Part shown: in pieces, positions 41,086-54,204 of the stretch
Layout of the letters: every line of letters starts with the position of its first letter
How positions within the stretch are numbered: the stretch's first letter is position 1
NCBI GenBank assembly: GCA_951406725.2
Contig: OX597828.1
Span: 33,480,001 to 33,544,000, forward strand
DNA from: Octopus vulgaris
Lineage: Eukaryota
Direction of reading: 5' to 3'
Length of the DNA: 64,000 bases
Position numbers and translations under genes: made by a program
Notes under the pieces: model-generated
What the model saw: only the letters and a program-made list of their open reading frames with translations
Told to the model about the DNA's origin: nothing
Databases searched by the model: none

Positions 41086-41440
41086 GGTCCAGTGGTTAGG
41101 GCAGCGGACTCGCGGTCGTAGTTTCGATTCCCAGACCGGGCGTTGCGAGTGTTTATTGAGCGAAAACACCTAAAGCTCCACGAGGCTCCGGCAGGGATGG
41201 TGGTGATCCCTGCTGTACTCTTTCACCACAACTTACTCTTACTTCCTGTTTCTGTTGTACCTGTATTTCAAAGGGCCGGCCTTGTCACTCTCTGTGTCAC
41301 GCTGAATATCCTCGAGAACTACGTTAAGGGTACACGTGCCTGTGGAGTGCTCAGCCACTTACACGTTAATTTCACGAGCAGGCTGTTCCGTTGATCGGAT
41401 CAAACGGAACCCTCGTCGTCGTAACCGACGGAGTGCTTCC
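41086..41440 (+). mobile_element. tRNA-derived SINE family C, 11-bp TSD
   Basis: ggtccagtggttagggcagcggactcgcggtc..gtttcgattccc; TSD acaaaccacat at 41075-41085 and 41441-41451. Confidence 0.9.
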
Positions 41441-41866
41441 ACAAACCACATATACTTCAGCTCCTAACTATTTCGTAATCCATTACTGCCGACCAAATGT
41501 AATCTAAAATTCAAGTAATATACATTCCAGATAAGAAAATTAATTGTCCTTAATTATAAACTTTGTCGCTTTACTTTGTAGCTGCTTCCGTTATTTCTCC
41601 CACAGGAAGTGCGAAACGTGGTTACTCAAAGATTTGTATTCCGTCTCTTTATAGTCTAAGCTACAAATAGATAAAGCCAGAGCTGAATGGTTAAAAGCTG
41701 GTTTCGCATGCAAGTGTTTCGTTATTCGATTCTCACAGCATGCAGCAAGAGTCTTCTGCCAAATTTCCGTGCAGATTAATGCATTGTGAATGGCATTTGA
41801 TAGACAGAAACTGCTGAAAACACCATGCCTATCTATCTATCTATCCATCTATCTATCTATCTATCC

Positions 41867-41899
<33 letters not shown>

Positions 41900-41954
41900 A
41901 TTATATATATATATATACATATACTTTCATTTATATATATTATTTTTTATATAT

Positions 41955-42336
41955 CATTTCTTTTACTTGTTTCAATCATTTGACAACGACAATCCTGGAG
42001 CACCACCTTTAGTCGAACAAATTGGCCCCAAGACATATTCTTCGTAAGCCTAGTACTTATTCTATCGGTTTCTTTTGCAGAACTGTTATGGTACGGGGAG
42101 TAAACAAACCAACACCGGCTATCAAGCATATATATATGTATATATATATAGAAGGAGAGAAAGAGAGAGAGACGACAGGCTTCTTTCATTTTCCGTCTAC
42201 CATATCCACTCACAAGGCTATGGTTGGCCCGAGGCTAGAGTAGAAGACACATGGTCAAGGTGACACGCAGCGGGACTGAACCTGGGACCATGTGGTTGGG
42301 ATTAAAGCTTCTTATCACACAACCATTCCTGCGCCT
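41955..42336 (-). mobile_element. SINE family A
   Basis: Reverse complement matches head and tail of 38917-39344. Confidence 0.85.
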
Positions 42337-42464
42337 AATAGACACAGTTAGTGTGTCGTTAACCATCTGGAGGAGATGTCCGCCTGGTGTTAAAAAGGGC
42401 AATAACATTGTTCTGTATAAAATAACCGTTACTCTTCAGAACGGTCACTACTTGCATCTCGCAG

Positions 42465-42775
42465 AGAGATTTTAGAACTAGCTCATTATCATGAGATAGT
42501 GAGTTCGATTCCCGGAACGGGCTGAGTGTTGTGTTCTTGAGCAATACACTTTATTTCACGCTGCTGTAGTTCACTCAGCTGTAGGAATGAGTTGCGACGT
42601 CACAGGCTGGAAACTATATCAGCATTTGCCTTTCCCTTGAATAACATTGGTAGCTCGGAGAGCTGGTATGCATGGGCGACTGCTGTCCTCCATAAACAAC
42701 CTTGCTTGGACTTGTGCCTTGGAGGTGGGATTCTTAGGTGCAAACCCATGATCATTCATGACCGAAGGGGTACTA
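42465..42775 (+). mobile_element. tRNA-derived SINE family E
   Basis: gagttcgattcccgga...ttcttgagcaa.acactttatttcacgctgc...cactcagctgtag..atgag...catgggcgactgctg; homologous to 60135-60449 (-). Confidence 0.75.
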
Positions 42776-42789
42776 TACTTTTCCTCTCT

Positions 42790-42989
<200 letters not shown>

Positions 42990-43020
42990 GAGATAGAGAG
43001 ATAGAGAGATAGATAGATAG

Positions 43021-43080
43021 TTTTTATTCTTTCATATGTTTCAGCCCAGTGGACGTGGCCATGCTGGCCTACCGCCAATG
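43021..43080 (-). mobile_element. LINE/SINE 3' tail fused to the U6 3' end
   Basis: ggcggtaggccagcatggccacgtccactgggctgaaacatatgaaagaataaaaa matches tails at 14437-14480 (-) and 39279-39340 (+). Confidence 0.75.
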
Positions 43081-43187
43081 AAGAAATATGGAATGCTTCA
43101 TGAATTTGCGTGTCATCCTTGTGCAGGGACATGCTAATCTTCTCTCTATCGTTCCAATTTTAGTGTATGTATTGCCGAACCAAGTTA
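43081..43187 (-). pseudogene. U6: Full-length U6 snRNA pseudogene (retrocopy)
   Basis: acttggttcggcaatacatacactaaaattggaacgatagagagaagattagcatgtccctgcacaaggatgacacgcaaattcatgaagcattccatattt. The ACAGAGA box reads AGAGAGA and three CpG-type changes are present. Confidence 0.93.
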
Positions 43188-43687
43188 TATATATATATAT
43201 TCCTGCACAGAAGTTCAAAAGACTGGATGTTTTTTTCTCTCTCTTCTATCTTTTCTTTTTTCAAAGAAAATATTTTTCCAGCGTTCACTATATTCCTCTC
43301 GTTCTGGTCTAACGACCCTCCATGTTTGTTTTCGTTCGGTTTCCTTGTATGTCTCCACTGTCCTATTTTTGTTCCCAACTTTGAACCTCTATAATTCCTA
43401 AATTTAATTTTAGAATTTATGGGAGCAACTGTCTTTGAAGACTCATATTGTCGTTAAATGGTTGAAATGAGGAGTAGATATACAGTCGACAACTGATGAA
43501 AGTTTCTCTCTCTCTGTTTAGTTATCCTGTTTTCCCTTTTTCTTGTTGTTTACTTATTTAAGTCATTTGTTTACGTATTTCATGTTGTTTGCACTGTTGG
43601 TGACGTCCTGTATCCATACATGCATATATGTATGTATGTGTGTGAGTGTGTATGTGTGAATATATATATTATTTATTACTATTAGAC

Positions 43688-43741
<54 letters not shown>

Positions 43742-43814
43742 TCACTATATATTTGGTGTTAATTTGCTTCAGCTTTATTTATTATTTTTTTTACATTAAT
43801 CTTAATCTTATTTC

Positions 43815-43858
43815 GGCCAGAGTTCTTTCGTCACACTTCTGTGACCTCATCAGTGGTC
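43815..43858 (-). ncRNA. Minimal type I hammerhead ribozyme motif
   Basis: gacca-CTGATGA-g-gtcaca-gaag-tgtgac-GAAAG-aa-CTC-tggcc: perfect 6-bp stem II, 2-bp stem III, CUC triplet, stem I 4 of 5; element lies between (TA)n arrays. Confidence 0.7.
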
Positions 43859-44162
43859 CTTTGCTTTCTTCTTTCTTATTTGTGTGTCTCTCCTTACTAA
43901 CGGTCAACCATTTTGTATTTTGTATTCCTATTGTATGTGTCTTTATTTGCGCATGCGTATATCCCTATGTGTGTCTATGTTTAGTTAGTGTGGTGGGGGA
44001 AAGTTCCTGTAATATTTGTATCTCCTGTTTATACACGTTTGTGTAATTTGTTTTTGTTTATTTTGTTCATGTGTTTGCACCTACTTATTTTTTTTGTATT
44101 TATTTTTTTAAAATTTTGTCATTGTATATTTTGTTAACGTATATATATATATATATATATAT

Positions 44163-44330
44163 ATACTTTATTAAAAAGCTGCAGAAATATCGCAAAAACT
44201 GTTACTCAGAGTTTCATGCTCCCATTCGTCGGATAGTTTCGTTTTCTAACAAGAATGTCCGATGAACGGAAACATGAAACTCTGAGTAACAGTTTTAGTG
44301 ATATGTCCGCTGCTTTTCAATAAAGCATAT
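44163..44330. repeat. Inverted repeat with a hammerhead-like motif in each arm, between (TA)n arrays
   Basis: Arms about 44163-44234 and 44256-44330; each reads CCGA(C/T)GA-stem-GAAAC-tctga-GTA-acag. Confidence 0.65.
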
Positions 44331-44395
44331 TACTCTACGTCTGGTATTTGAGTGAAAGTTTGTTTCCACCTTGTTTCGCATTATGTGGTTACTTC

Positions 44396-44441
<46 letters not shown>

Positions 44442-44498
44442 TTTCTATCGCGCGCTCTCTCTCTCTCCTCTTCCACCTCTTCCCCGAAGATAGATAGA

Positions 44499-44608
<110 letters not shown>

Positions 44609-44631
44609 AGAGAGAGAGAGAGAGCGCGAGC

Positions 44632-44665
<34 letters not shown>

Positions 44666-44671
44666 TATGCA

Positions 44672-44988
44672 TGTTCCAGATGATCCGATTAACAGATTAG
44701 CCTGTTCGTGAAATTTACGTAGAAGTGACTGAACACCCCACAGACACATGTGTCCACTGTCCACAGACGCATATATACCTTAACGTAATTCTCGGGGAGA
44801 TTCAATGTGACACAGAATGGAACAAGACTGTCCATTAGAATTACAGGCATCACTCCTTTTTGCTAGGGAGGTGAACTAGAGCACTATGAAATAAAGTCTC
44901 TTGCTCAAGGCGAAAATGCGCTGCCAGATATCTAACTCACGATCCTAAGAATTAAGCCAATTATCGTAACCACTAATTGATGCGCCAT
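44672..44988 (-). mobile_element. Degenerate mosaic SINE: family E-like head + family C-like tail
   Basis: cttgagcaagagactttatttcatagtgctctagttcac (E) continues into gtgtcacattgaatctccccgagaattacgttaagg...aatttcacgaacaggct (C). Confidence 0.6.
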
Positions 44989-46227
44989 ATATATACGTGT
45001 GGGTGTGGGTGTGTGCAGGGAGGAGGGTTGTGAGGGAGGGAGTATCAGATGAAAGAGGGATTTTAAAATCCGAGGTGGATTAATATTATAAAAGGAATGT
45101 ATCTTCATAAATGATATTATTATTTATATTCACAAGAGTTTAGTCCACGTAGTATTGACATGAACGTAATTAAAGAATTACATGTAATACCATACATTCC
45201 AGTCCTTGACTGCATATATATATATATATATATATATATACATTTACATATATATATATATTATATTATATTATATTATATTATATTGTATCATATTAAG
45301 TAACGAGAAGATGGATTTGCTATTAAATCCACGACTGCGGACATGTAGCCCAAACTGTACCAAAGCTCTACTCAGCATTTAAACACAGTAATCGACTGAT
45401 ATATATATCAACAGAAAACCGAATCTCTTTAAACGAAGCATTTTTGAGACATGAAGAAATATATTTGCACCGTGTGACAGACGCTTCCTTGTCATCGTTG
45501 CCCTCATAAACGTTGTTAAACAATCGTTGGCCTGTAAGATATTCGCATCGGATTATTATGATATAAAATTTTTAAAAAAACTGAACTCCACTACAGTGGA
45601 AATTTGCTTCCTCGTCTGTCTCTAAAGAATAAAAAGCGGTGATTATTTACTGAAGGAAATGTAACCAACCCTCACATTTTATTCGTTTAGTCTTAAGCAA
45701 GAACAGAAGCATCCATGAGCTTTGTCCAGACCTCCTAGACTGAGAGCGGGAAGGAGTAAAATCAAATGACACCCAGGAATAAGACAGCACGATATTAAAT
45801 TATTCGTTGATCGGAAAGCTGGAGCCCTTATCCGAATGCTTTCAATACCACGGACTCTACTAAACACACACAAGGGCGAGGATTTGGAGTAAAACAAGGT
45901 GGAAAATTTAGTTTACTGCCAATGAACAGGTGAAAATCAGTTATCAATCTAAGAAATTTCACTCACGACGCTTGGTTCAACGAGAAGTTAAGATATTTGA
46001 ACAATTTGCCAAGAAATACAGGCGTTTATGGAACCACGTGATCGTCAAGCGAAATTCTTAGCTACACGGCCAGGCTGGAGTCACCATATCGCAAGTTAGC
46101 GATCTTGTACGAAAGTTTTAAAATCAGATTTTTCCTGGGTGTGGGAATCAGATACATTGAATGAAGGAGATTTGATCCGATCTATGCAGTTTCGATCCTC
46201 AGCTACATCATCATTTTAGCATCATTT

Positions 46228-46622
46228 TGGCTGTGTGGTAAATAGCTTCTCAACCACATGGTACTTGGTTCAGTCCCACTGTGTGCCACTTTGGGAGAGT
46301 GTCCTCTACTATAGCCTCGGGAGGATCAAAGCCTTGTGAGTGGATTTGGCAAACGGAAACTGAAAGAAGCCCGTCTTATATATGTATTTATGCATGTATG
46401 TCTGTATGTATGTATGTATTTGTGTGTCTCTGTTTGTATTCCACCATCGGTTGGCAACCGATGCTGGTATGTTTACGTTACCGTAATGTAGCGGTTCGGC
46501 AAAAATGGACCGGTAGAACAAGTACTAGAGTTACAAAGAATAAGTCCTGGCGTCGAGTTGTTGGACTAAAAGCGGTGCTGCAGCATAGCCGCTGTCGAAT
46601 GACTGGAAAAAGTAAAAGAATA
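46228..46622 (+). mobile_element. SINE family A
   Basis: tggctgtgtggtaa...ggttcagtcccactg...gcggtgctgcagcatagccgc...gactggaaaaagtaaaagaa. Confidence 0.85.
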
Positions 46623-46812
46623 CCACTAGAAAAACGTAAAAACATAAGCATCGTTGTTTTAATTTCAAACAACCGAACCAAATTCATTATAGCATCGTGT
46701 GTGCGTGTGTTTTTGTGTCAGCGAGTGCGCGCACGAGCGTGTGTGTGTATTCGTGTGTGTACACACACATACAGATTTATATATATATATATGTATATGC
46801 ATATATATATAC

Positions 46813-46873
<61 letters not shown>

Positions 46874-46880
46874 CATACAA

Positions 46881-46961
<81 letters not shown>

Positions 46962-47524
46962 AATACATGTCTATATATATATCAAGATAAAAAGCCGACA
47001 AATTTACAGCAGTAAACAATGTATCAGTCCATCTCTGAGACGCTAATCCTCCGGCAAGATTAGAATTCTATCTACAAGAAAATGTTTAATCAGTCATAAC
47101 CGCTTTGTAAACTGGACATAAATCCTGGCCTCGTGAGACCTAAAGAAAAAGGATTAAACTGAACAAAGGAGAATATTTCAGTTCAATTTGTTTGATCATA
47201 TGACCAGAAGTTTTCATTTCAAAACAAGTATTCCCAATTGAACATTGATAACTCGTTTCTATTTCTCTCTATTAATAATATTTAGTTTTTCGTTTAATAT
47301 GACGTCAACATATGTAAACGCAATCATTAATTGAGACATTCAAAATGTCGGACATTGCAACGCGCTTATCATAAATTTAACAGTGTATATATGCATATGT
47401 GTGTGTATGTGTGTGTGTGTGTCTGGATGTGTGTGTGTGTGTGTGCGTGTTTAAGACAGTTGGTGAGAGTGACTTTACGTGTGTGCGTATGTGAGTATGT
47501 AAGTGGGAAGAATGCAAGTTATAA

Positions 47525-47787
47525 AAATTAAGAATGCAGTTTGATGGTGAACACTATTAGCTGGTATTTCAAGATAATAAGGTTATGACCCCTTCTTCAG
47601 GAACCCTACGGAAAAAAGGTACTGAGAGCTAATTTTGCCGCTAGATTTTTTTCTACTGATTTCTCTCCAGAGCAGAAAATTCAGTTATCAACAACTGTCC
47701 TCCGTAAATTCCCTGAAGAAGAGGTTCTCACCCTGAAATATTTAAATACCAGGTAATAGTACACACCGTTAGCCTGTATTATTAATT
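47525..47787. repeat. Diverged inverted repeat with CTGAAGA hammerhead-like cores
   Basis: Arms 47525-47612 and 47701-47787 share ccgta...cCTGAAGAag.ggt...aaataccag.taatagt...cacc.t.a..ctg.att.ttaatt. Confidence 0.55.
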
Positions 47788-48050
47788 TGTAATTTTCGTT
47801 AATTTGGATCTTAAAATTTCATTGCAAAAGTAACACAGACACATATACTGGGTGTGAATAAAGTTGTCATAATCCCCTTTTTATGACAACTTTATGATGT
47901 ACAGATATATATATATATATATATATATCATATATATATATATATCATATATATATATATCATATATTAATTATATATATATAAATATGTATGTATATAT
48001 ATATCATATATTAATTTTAGTTAATTTTCGTTTATTTTCAGATCATTACA

Positions 48051-49138
48051 ATGGAAAGACAAATTAAGGAAAGCGAGCATTTTCCACACCTTTTTGCTTT
48101 TAATCAAGGCCAAAGCAGCTGCTTGTGACATTTGTGCTGTGTATGGAGAAGGCGTCATAGCTGAAAGAACCGCTCGTGATTGGTAAGCCAAGTTCAAAAA
48201 TGGAAGTTTTGACCTCAAACAAGTACCTCGGTCTAACCTTCCAGTTGAGTTCGATGAAGAGCGATTAAGCCAATTTTTGCGAGAAAATTCTCGTCAAGCG
48301 ACAAGGGAACTGGGAGAGAAATTGGAATGCTCCCACACTGCTATAGAGAAGCATCTTCACTCGATGGGAAAGATTCAGAAATATGGAGCATGGGTTGCGC
48401 ATGCTTTAAATGACAGCAACAAAAATCAACGAGCCACAATCTCAGCTGGTTTGCTTGATCGTCCCCGCTCAACTCATGGACACAAGCAACGATTTCTTTA
48501 GCGATTCGTTACTGGCGACGAGAAATGGTTCCTGTATATCAATATGAAGCAGCGTAAGGAATGGCTTAGTCCCGGTAAACAAGCAACACCGTGCGTGAAA
48601 CAAGATCTTCATCCGCGTAGGTGGGACTGGGCAGGGATTATCCGTTATGAATTGCTTGAAAGGAACCAATTGGTCAATGCGGAACTCTATGTTCAACAGA
48701 TGGAACGACTCAGCACAGCTATTCAAGAGAAAATACCTAATCGGCAGCATGGAGTTCTTCTGCTGCACGACAACGCCCGCCCTCATATCGCCAATATGAC
48801 CAAGGAAGCCATTCAAATGCATGGCTGGAGAGTGCTGCCATACCCGCCGTGCTCTCCTGATTTGATACCAACGGATTTTCACCTTTTTCGATCTCTTTCA
48901 AATGCTATGCGCGGAGTTTCTTTCAATACTGAAGCAGAATTGAGAGCTTGGTTGGATCAATTTTTCGAGTCGAAATTGGGTAATTTCTAGCAACGAGGTA
49001 TTGAAAATCCTGTTGAACATTGGGAGGAAGTTGTAAACAAGGGTGAATACATTATTGATGAATTAGTTGTTATTTTTTATTGAACCTTTTAAAAAATTTA
49101 AATATTAAAAAAAGGCGGGAACTTAGTTGCCAACCCAA
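48051..49138 (+). mobile_element. Mariner (Tc1/mariner, DD34D) transposase pseudogene with right TIR
   Basis: DICAVYGEGVIAERTARDW*AKFKNGSFDL; VTGDEKW; LLHDNARPH; YPPCSPDLIPTDFHLFRSL; right TIR ggcgggaacttagttgccaacccaa; in-frame stops. Confidence 0.92.
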
Positions 49139-49303
49139 CATATATATATAAGTTCAGTAAAATTTAAATTCAGATGAATATGGTACTTAAATTAAAGGCA
49201 CCAGAATTTGGTATGGTATTATCCGTATAAATCAAATGGGGTGATTATTATCAAAATAAGCAACAAGGATATCCAAGGTAAGTGTGGGAGTGTATGTTTG
49301 TGA

Positions 49304-49344
<41 letters not shown>

Positions 49345-49539
49345 TGTGTTTGTTTTATTTGTATGTGTGCGTGTGTGTGTGTGTAACATCTTATATGGGT
49401 TGCGTCTGTCATAACTTGCCTGAAACCCGGAGTAGCAATGCGCTGACTCGGCCAAAATAACGCACAAAATAAAACCACTGAGTCGTCTTTCTCCAACGTT
49501 CAACCCCAATCATGTATAATTATGATATTATGTATATTT

Positions 49540-49740
49540 TGCTTTTTTCAGCTATTTGACTGCGGCCATGCTGGAGCACCGCCTTTCGTCGAATAATTCG
49601 ACCCCAGAATTTATTCTTTGTAAGCCTAGTACTTATTCTATCGGGTTCTTTTGCCGAACCGCTGATTTACGGGGACTTAAACACACCAACATCGGTTATC
49701 AGGCGATGGTGGTGGGCAAATACAAACACCCACAAACAAA
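49540..49740 (-). mobile_element. SINE family A, 3' half
   Basis: tttgactgcggccatgctggagcaccgcc...gtaagcctagtacttattctatcgg. Confidence 0.8.
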
Positions 49741-49796
49741 TATATATATATAAATGTATATATCTATCTAAATATATATATATATATATATATATT

Positions 49797-49833
<37 letters not shown>

Positions 49834-50273
49834 AGAAAGAGCACTAGGTCAATGCACTACGCAACCCTTTCACTACGATTAGGAATAACCATCAGGAGGT
49901 TTATGTGCGTGTGTGTATGTACGTATGTATACATATGTGTGTGTGTGTGTGTGTGTGTGAGTGAGTGCATATGTATATATATATATACACGAGAAAAAAG
50001 CAACAAGAATGGATTAGTTGTTCAGTACAATTGTTTCATAAGAAGAACGGATTTATTAAAAGCTGCAAATATTGCAGTAAATACAAGTGTCCCGTATTCA
50101 TCAGCCAAAACACATATGAGTTTTCCAAACATCCTAGGGGGTGAGGCTACACTCGTGAAGTATCGAAGAGAGTTCTATGAAAAGCAAAGTTAGATTGTAA
50201 GCAGGCTTAAAATGTTCTCTAATGATGCACAGTTTTATAAAAGGTTTTTTAAAAAGTTTGTTAGCTTCACAGA

Positions 50274-50309
<36 letters not shown>

Positions 50310-50965
50310 GTGTATACATGAGTATGAATGCATGTTTGCTTGCAAGCAGGAATGAATATACACAGATATAGTGCGAGAAATAGATGTAGATGCTGGTGCA
50401 GATTCTCGATATGTTTCCTTTTCTTCCAACTCGTCCTTTCCCAACTTTCACACAGCGATAGACCGGACTAAATAAATAGTGAAATAACTTTAAATAATTT
50501 AATAACTTTTAAACATGTATGAGAAAAATCGAAAGTTATAAAATTTTGAAATGCGAAAATGCTATGATTTCTTCTCCTTAGTGTAATGAGGAAAATATTT
50601 GGTCCATTTCTCTAAAATTATAATTTCTAGACTGGCGGAAGGAAGTGACAAAGAGGTGATTCTAAGTTTAAAGATAGAGACAGTAAATGGGAAAGAGATT
50701 TGACCTCAGTGAATAAAAGATGCAGAAAGTGTGCTGTGAATTTTATGGCAAAGTCGATGTTAAAAAATAAACAATCAAATCGCCATTTTTTTTTTTTATA
50801 AAAAATATATTGAAATTGGAATTCTAAAGATATTTTTTTTACGATCACTTTAAATTGATCTGCAACGTTGTTAAAAAATTTAGGTTAGATATATTGATAT
50901 ACTTACACTAGTATCATTATATGTGTAACTGGTATCGTTATATATATATATATATATAATATATA

Positions 50966-51389
50966 CTCTCTCTTTTACTTGTTTCAGTCATTTGACTTGC
51001 GGCCCTGCTGGAGCACCGCCTTTAGTCGAGCAAATCGACCCCGGGACTTATTCTTTGTAAGCCCAGTACTTATTCTATCGGTCTCTTTTGCCGAACCGCT
51101 AAGTGACGGGGACGTAAACACACCAGCATGGGTTGTCAAGCAATGCTAGGGGGACAAACACAGACACACACATACATACATATATATATATATACATATA
51201 TATATACATATATACATATATACATATATACATACATATATACGACGGGCTTCTTTCAGTTTCTGTCTACCAAATCCGCTCACAAGGCATTGGTCGGCCC
51301 GGGGCTATAGCAGAAGACACTTGCCCAAGATGCCACGCAGTGGGACTGAACCCGGAACCATGTGGTTCGTTAGCAAGCTACTTACCACA
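50966..51389 (-). mobile_element. SINE family A, young near-full-length copy
   Basis: Very close reverse complement of 38935-39330. Confidence 0.9.
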
Positions 51390-52680
51390 TATATATATAT
51401 ATATATATATATATTGCAGATAAATAGATAGATAGATATATAGATTACTTATTGATGTTATTTTATCCTGTTTTAGACAAGGACTCTTAGTCATTCTACT
51501 CAGCCAGACTCATGACAACCCAGATCTATTTCGGGTTACTTCTAGTTACATGATACAGGATTTCTTAAGCTTAAGTTCTCCATAAATTCGCTTCCTCGTA
51601 TACAAAATATTTATGTAAAGCCTTGTTGGCGGTGGTGTTATTGCACGGTGAGAAGAAAAGCCAAACCTGAGACATTCTACAGGATTCCCAAATTTGCTGG
51701 AGAAAATGAAGATTGTTTCCGGAGACCAGAGGCGGTCTTAGTTCTTGTAACAATATGTGCTCTGTTTAGGCTACCAATGGATCAAAATTTCGTACTGAAC
51801 CAAGCAATGAATTACTGCGTTTGATAGTATATACGATGCTGTTTTTAACCAAAAGATGCCTAAATATCACACAGGGCCCTGTATGCGAAAGCGGACCTGT
51901 ATCACATTCGTCAATACGTTACTGAAATTGGCATGCTGACATTGGGATGCCTTTGCGATTTTTATACTATCGCTGGTGTTTTTGTTGTTGTTGCTGCTGT
52001 TACTGCTGCTGCTGCTACTGCTGCTGTTGTTGTTGCTAATGCTGCTAATGAGAGAACAGTCTTGCAAGTACTGTTGTTGTTACTGCTGTGATGGCACTCT
52101 TCTTTTAATTTCGACTCTATATCTTCAGGAGGAGTTACCTCAAACCTTTCTATATTATTATTATTGTTTTTGTTGTTGTCGTTGTTGTTGTTGTTGCTGT
52201 TGTTGTTTTGCTGCTATTTTAGATGGTGATGCTGTTGTTGCTACTGTCTAGTTGAATTGTTCTTGTTGCTATTAACACTACGGCCTCTTCTCTTCCCGCT
52301 GCTGCTGCTCTTGTTTCGGTTGGTTCAACGTCATGCTTCTTACTTACCAATAATACCGTTTTTTAGATATCAATAATATTGCTTCTTTTATTCCTGTTGC
52401 TATTCTTACTGGTGCCACAGCTTACTATTGTTGCTCTTGCTATTATTCCTGCTGTGTTGCTGTTCTTCTTCATGTTGTTGCTGCTCTGGTATCTCTGCTA
52501 CGAACTGGAGCTGTTTTCTTGTTGTGTCTAATTTCGTTGCTACAGATGTTGATGCAGTTTACGATCGTATTAATGTTGTTGCTATTTCTAATAGTACTAT
52601 TGCTATTGTTGCTGCTAATGTTGTCGTCTCTGATGCTGCTGCTGCGGCTGCTATTTCTCATGTTGCTATAGTGCTTGCCA

Positions 52681-53185
52681 TTTTACTATTTCTCATGCTG
52701 CTAAGGCGTTTGCTATTTTGCTATTTCTCATGTTGTTAAGGCGTTTACCATTTTGCTATTTCTCATGTTGCTAAGGCGTTTGCCATTTTGCTATTTCTCA
52801 TGTTGCTAAGGCATTTGCCATTTTGCTATTTCTCATGTTGCTAAGGCGTTTGCCATTTTGCTATTTCTCATGTTGCTAAGGTGTTTGCCATTTTGCTATT
52901 TCTCAAGTCGCTATGGCGTTTGCCATTTTGCTATTTCTCATGCTGTTAAGGCGTTTGCCATTTTGCTATTTCTCATGTTGCTAAGGCGTTTGCCATTTTG
53001 CTATTTCTCATGTTGCTAAGGTGTTTGCCACTTTGCTATTTCTCATGTTGCTAAGGCGTTTGCCATTTTGCTATTTCTCATGTTGCTAAGGCGTTTGCCA
53101 CTTTGCTATTTCTCAAGTTGCTAAAGCATTTGCCATTTTGCTATTTCTCATGTTGCTAAGATCTTTACCATTTTGCTATTTCTCA
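52681..53185. repeat. 35-bp minisatellite, about 14.5 copies
   Basis: Unit ttttgctatttctcatgttgctaaggcgtttgcca repeated head to tail without spacers. Confidence 0.95.
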
Positions 53186-53526
53186 CGTTTCTCTTGCTGT
53201 CGATACTGCTGTTATATCTCTTGGTTTTTTGTTGCTATTGTTGTTGTTGCTATTGTTATTGATTTTGTTGCTGTGCCTTGTATTTATATTGCTCTTGATA
53301 CTGCTGTTACCATTTCTCATGTTGCTATTGACGTTGCTCTTGTTGCTGTCATTGCTATTTCTCATGTTGCTATTGTTATTGTTTGTTACGCTTTGTTGCA
53401 CTTGATCGCCATAGTTCTGTTGTTTTCGTTGCAATTGCTGTTATTACTCTTACTTTTTTCTGATGTTGCTATTGCGATTATTCGTGATGCTTTTGCAGAT
53501 GTTGTGGTTGCTATTGCTGGTAGAAC

Positions 53527-53558
<32 letters not shown>

Positions 53559-53565
53559 CAGCAGC

Positions 53566-53628
<63 letters not shown>

Positions 53629-53720
53629 TGTAGCTGTTGGTGGTGGTGTTGTTGGTGTTGTTGGTGTTGTTGTTGGTGGTGGTGGTGGCGGTGGTGGTGG
53701 TGGTGGTTATTTTATTTCAG

Positions 53721-53776
53721 ATATGAGTATGTTGAGTGCCGGAGAACACTCAGCTGATCATCAAATGGAGCGTGAA
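53721..53776 (+). other. Candidate 56-bp internal exon (MSMLSAGEHSADHQMERE)
   Basis: ttttatttcag acceptor and gtaagt donor; only one open frame; unique-sequence island between triplet microsatellites. Confidence 0.4.
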
Positions 53777-53863
53777 GTAAGTATTTAGTGAAAATGAAAA
53801 GTTGGAAATTAAGATGAAAATCATTTTGCTTCGAGGTTTCACCTTATTATCATTATTATTATG

Positions 53864-53934
<71 letters not shown>

Positions 53935-54143
53935 CATCATTATTGTTATTATTATTATCATTATCATCATCATCATCATCATCATCATTACAGTCATTAT
54001 CGTTATCCTTCTTCTTCTTATTATTATTATTGTTGTTGTTGTTGTTGTTATTATTATTATCATCATCATCATTATCATCATTACAGTTATTATCGTTATT
54101 CTTATTCTTCCTCTTATTATCATTATTATTATTATTGTTGTTG

Positions 54144-54204
<61 letters not shown>

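Noticed and set aside
43081-43187. Functional U6 gene
   Set aside because: ACAGAGA box altered, internal stem-loop changes, CpG decay, retroposon tail attached, and no recognisable upstream promoter.
45300-45900. RTE-type endonuclease remnant (GFAIKST)
   Set aside because: Only one short motif recognisable; too degraded to support.
48051-49066. Domesticated mariner/SETMAR-like gene
   Set aside because: In-frame stops and deletions, no SET domain, TIR present.
52681-53185. CRISPR-like 35-bp repeat array
   Set aside because: Units are contiguous with no unique spacers, there are no cas genes, and the context is eukaryotic.
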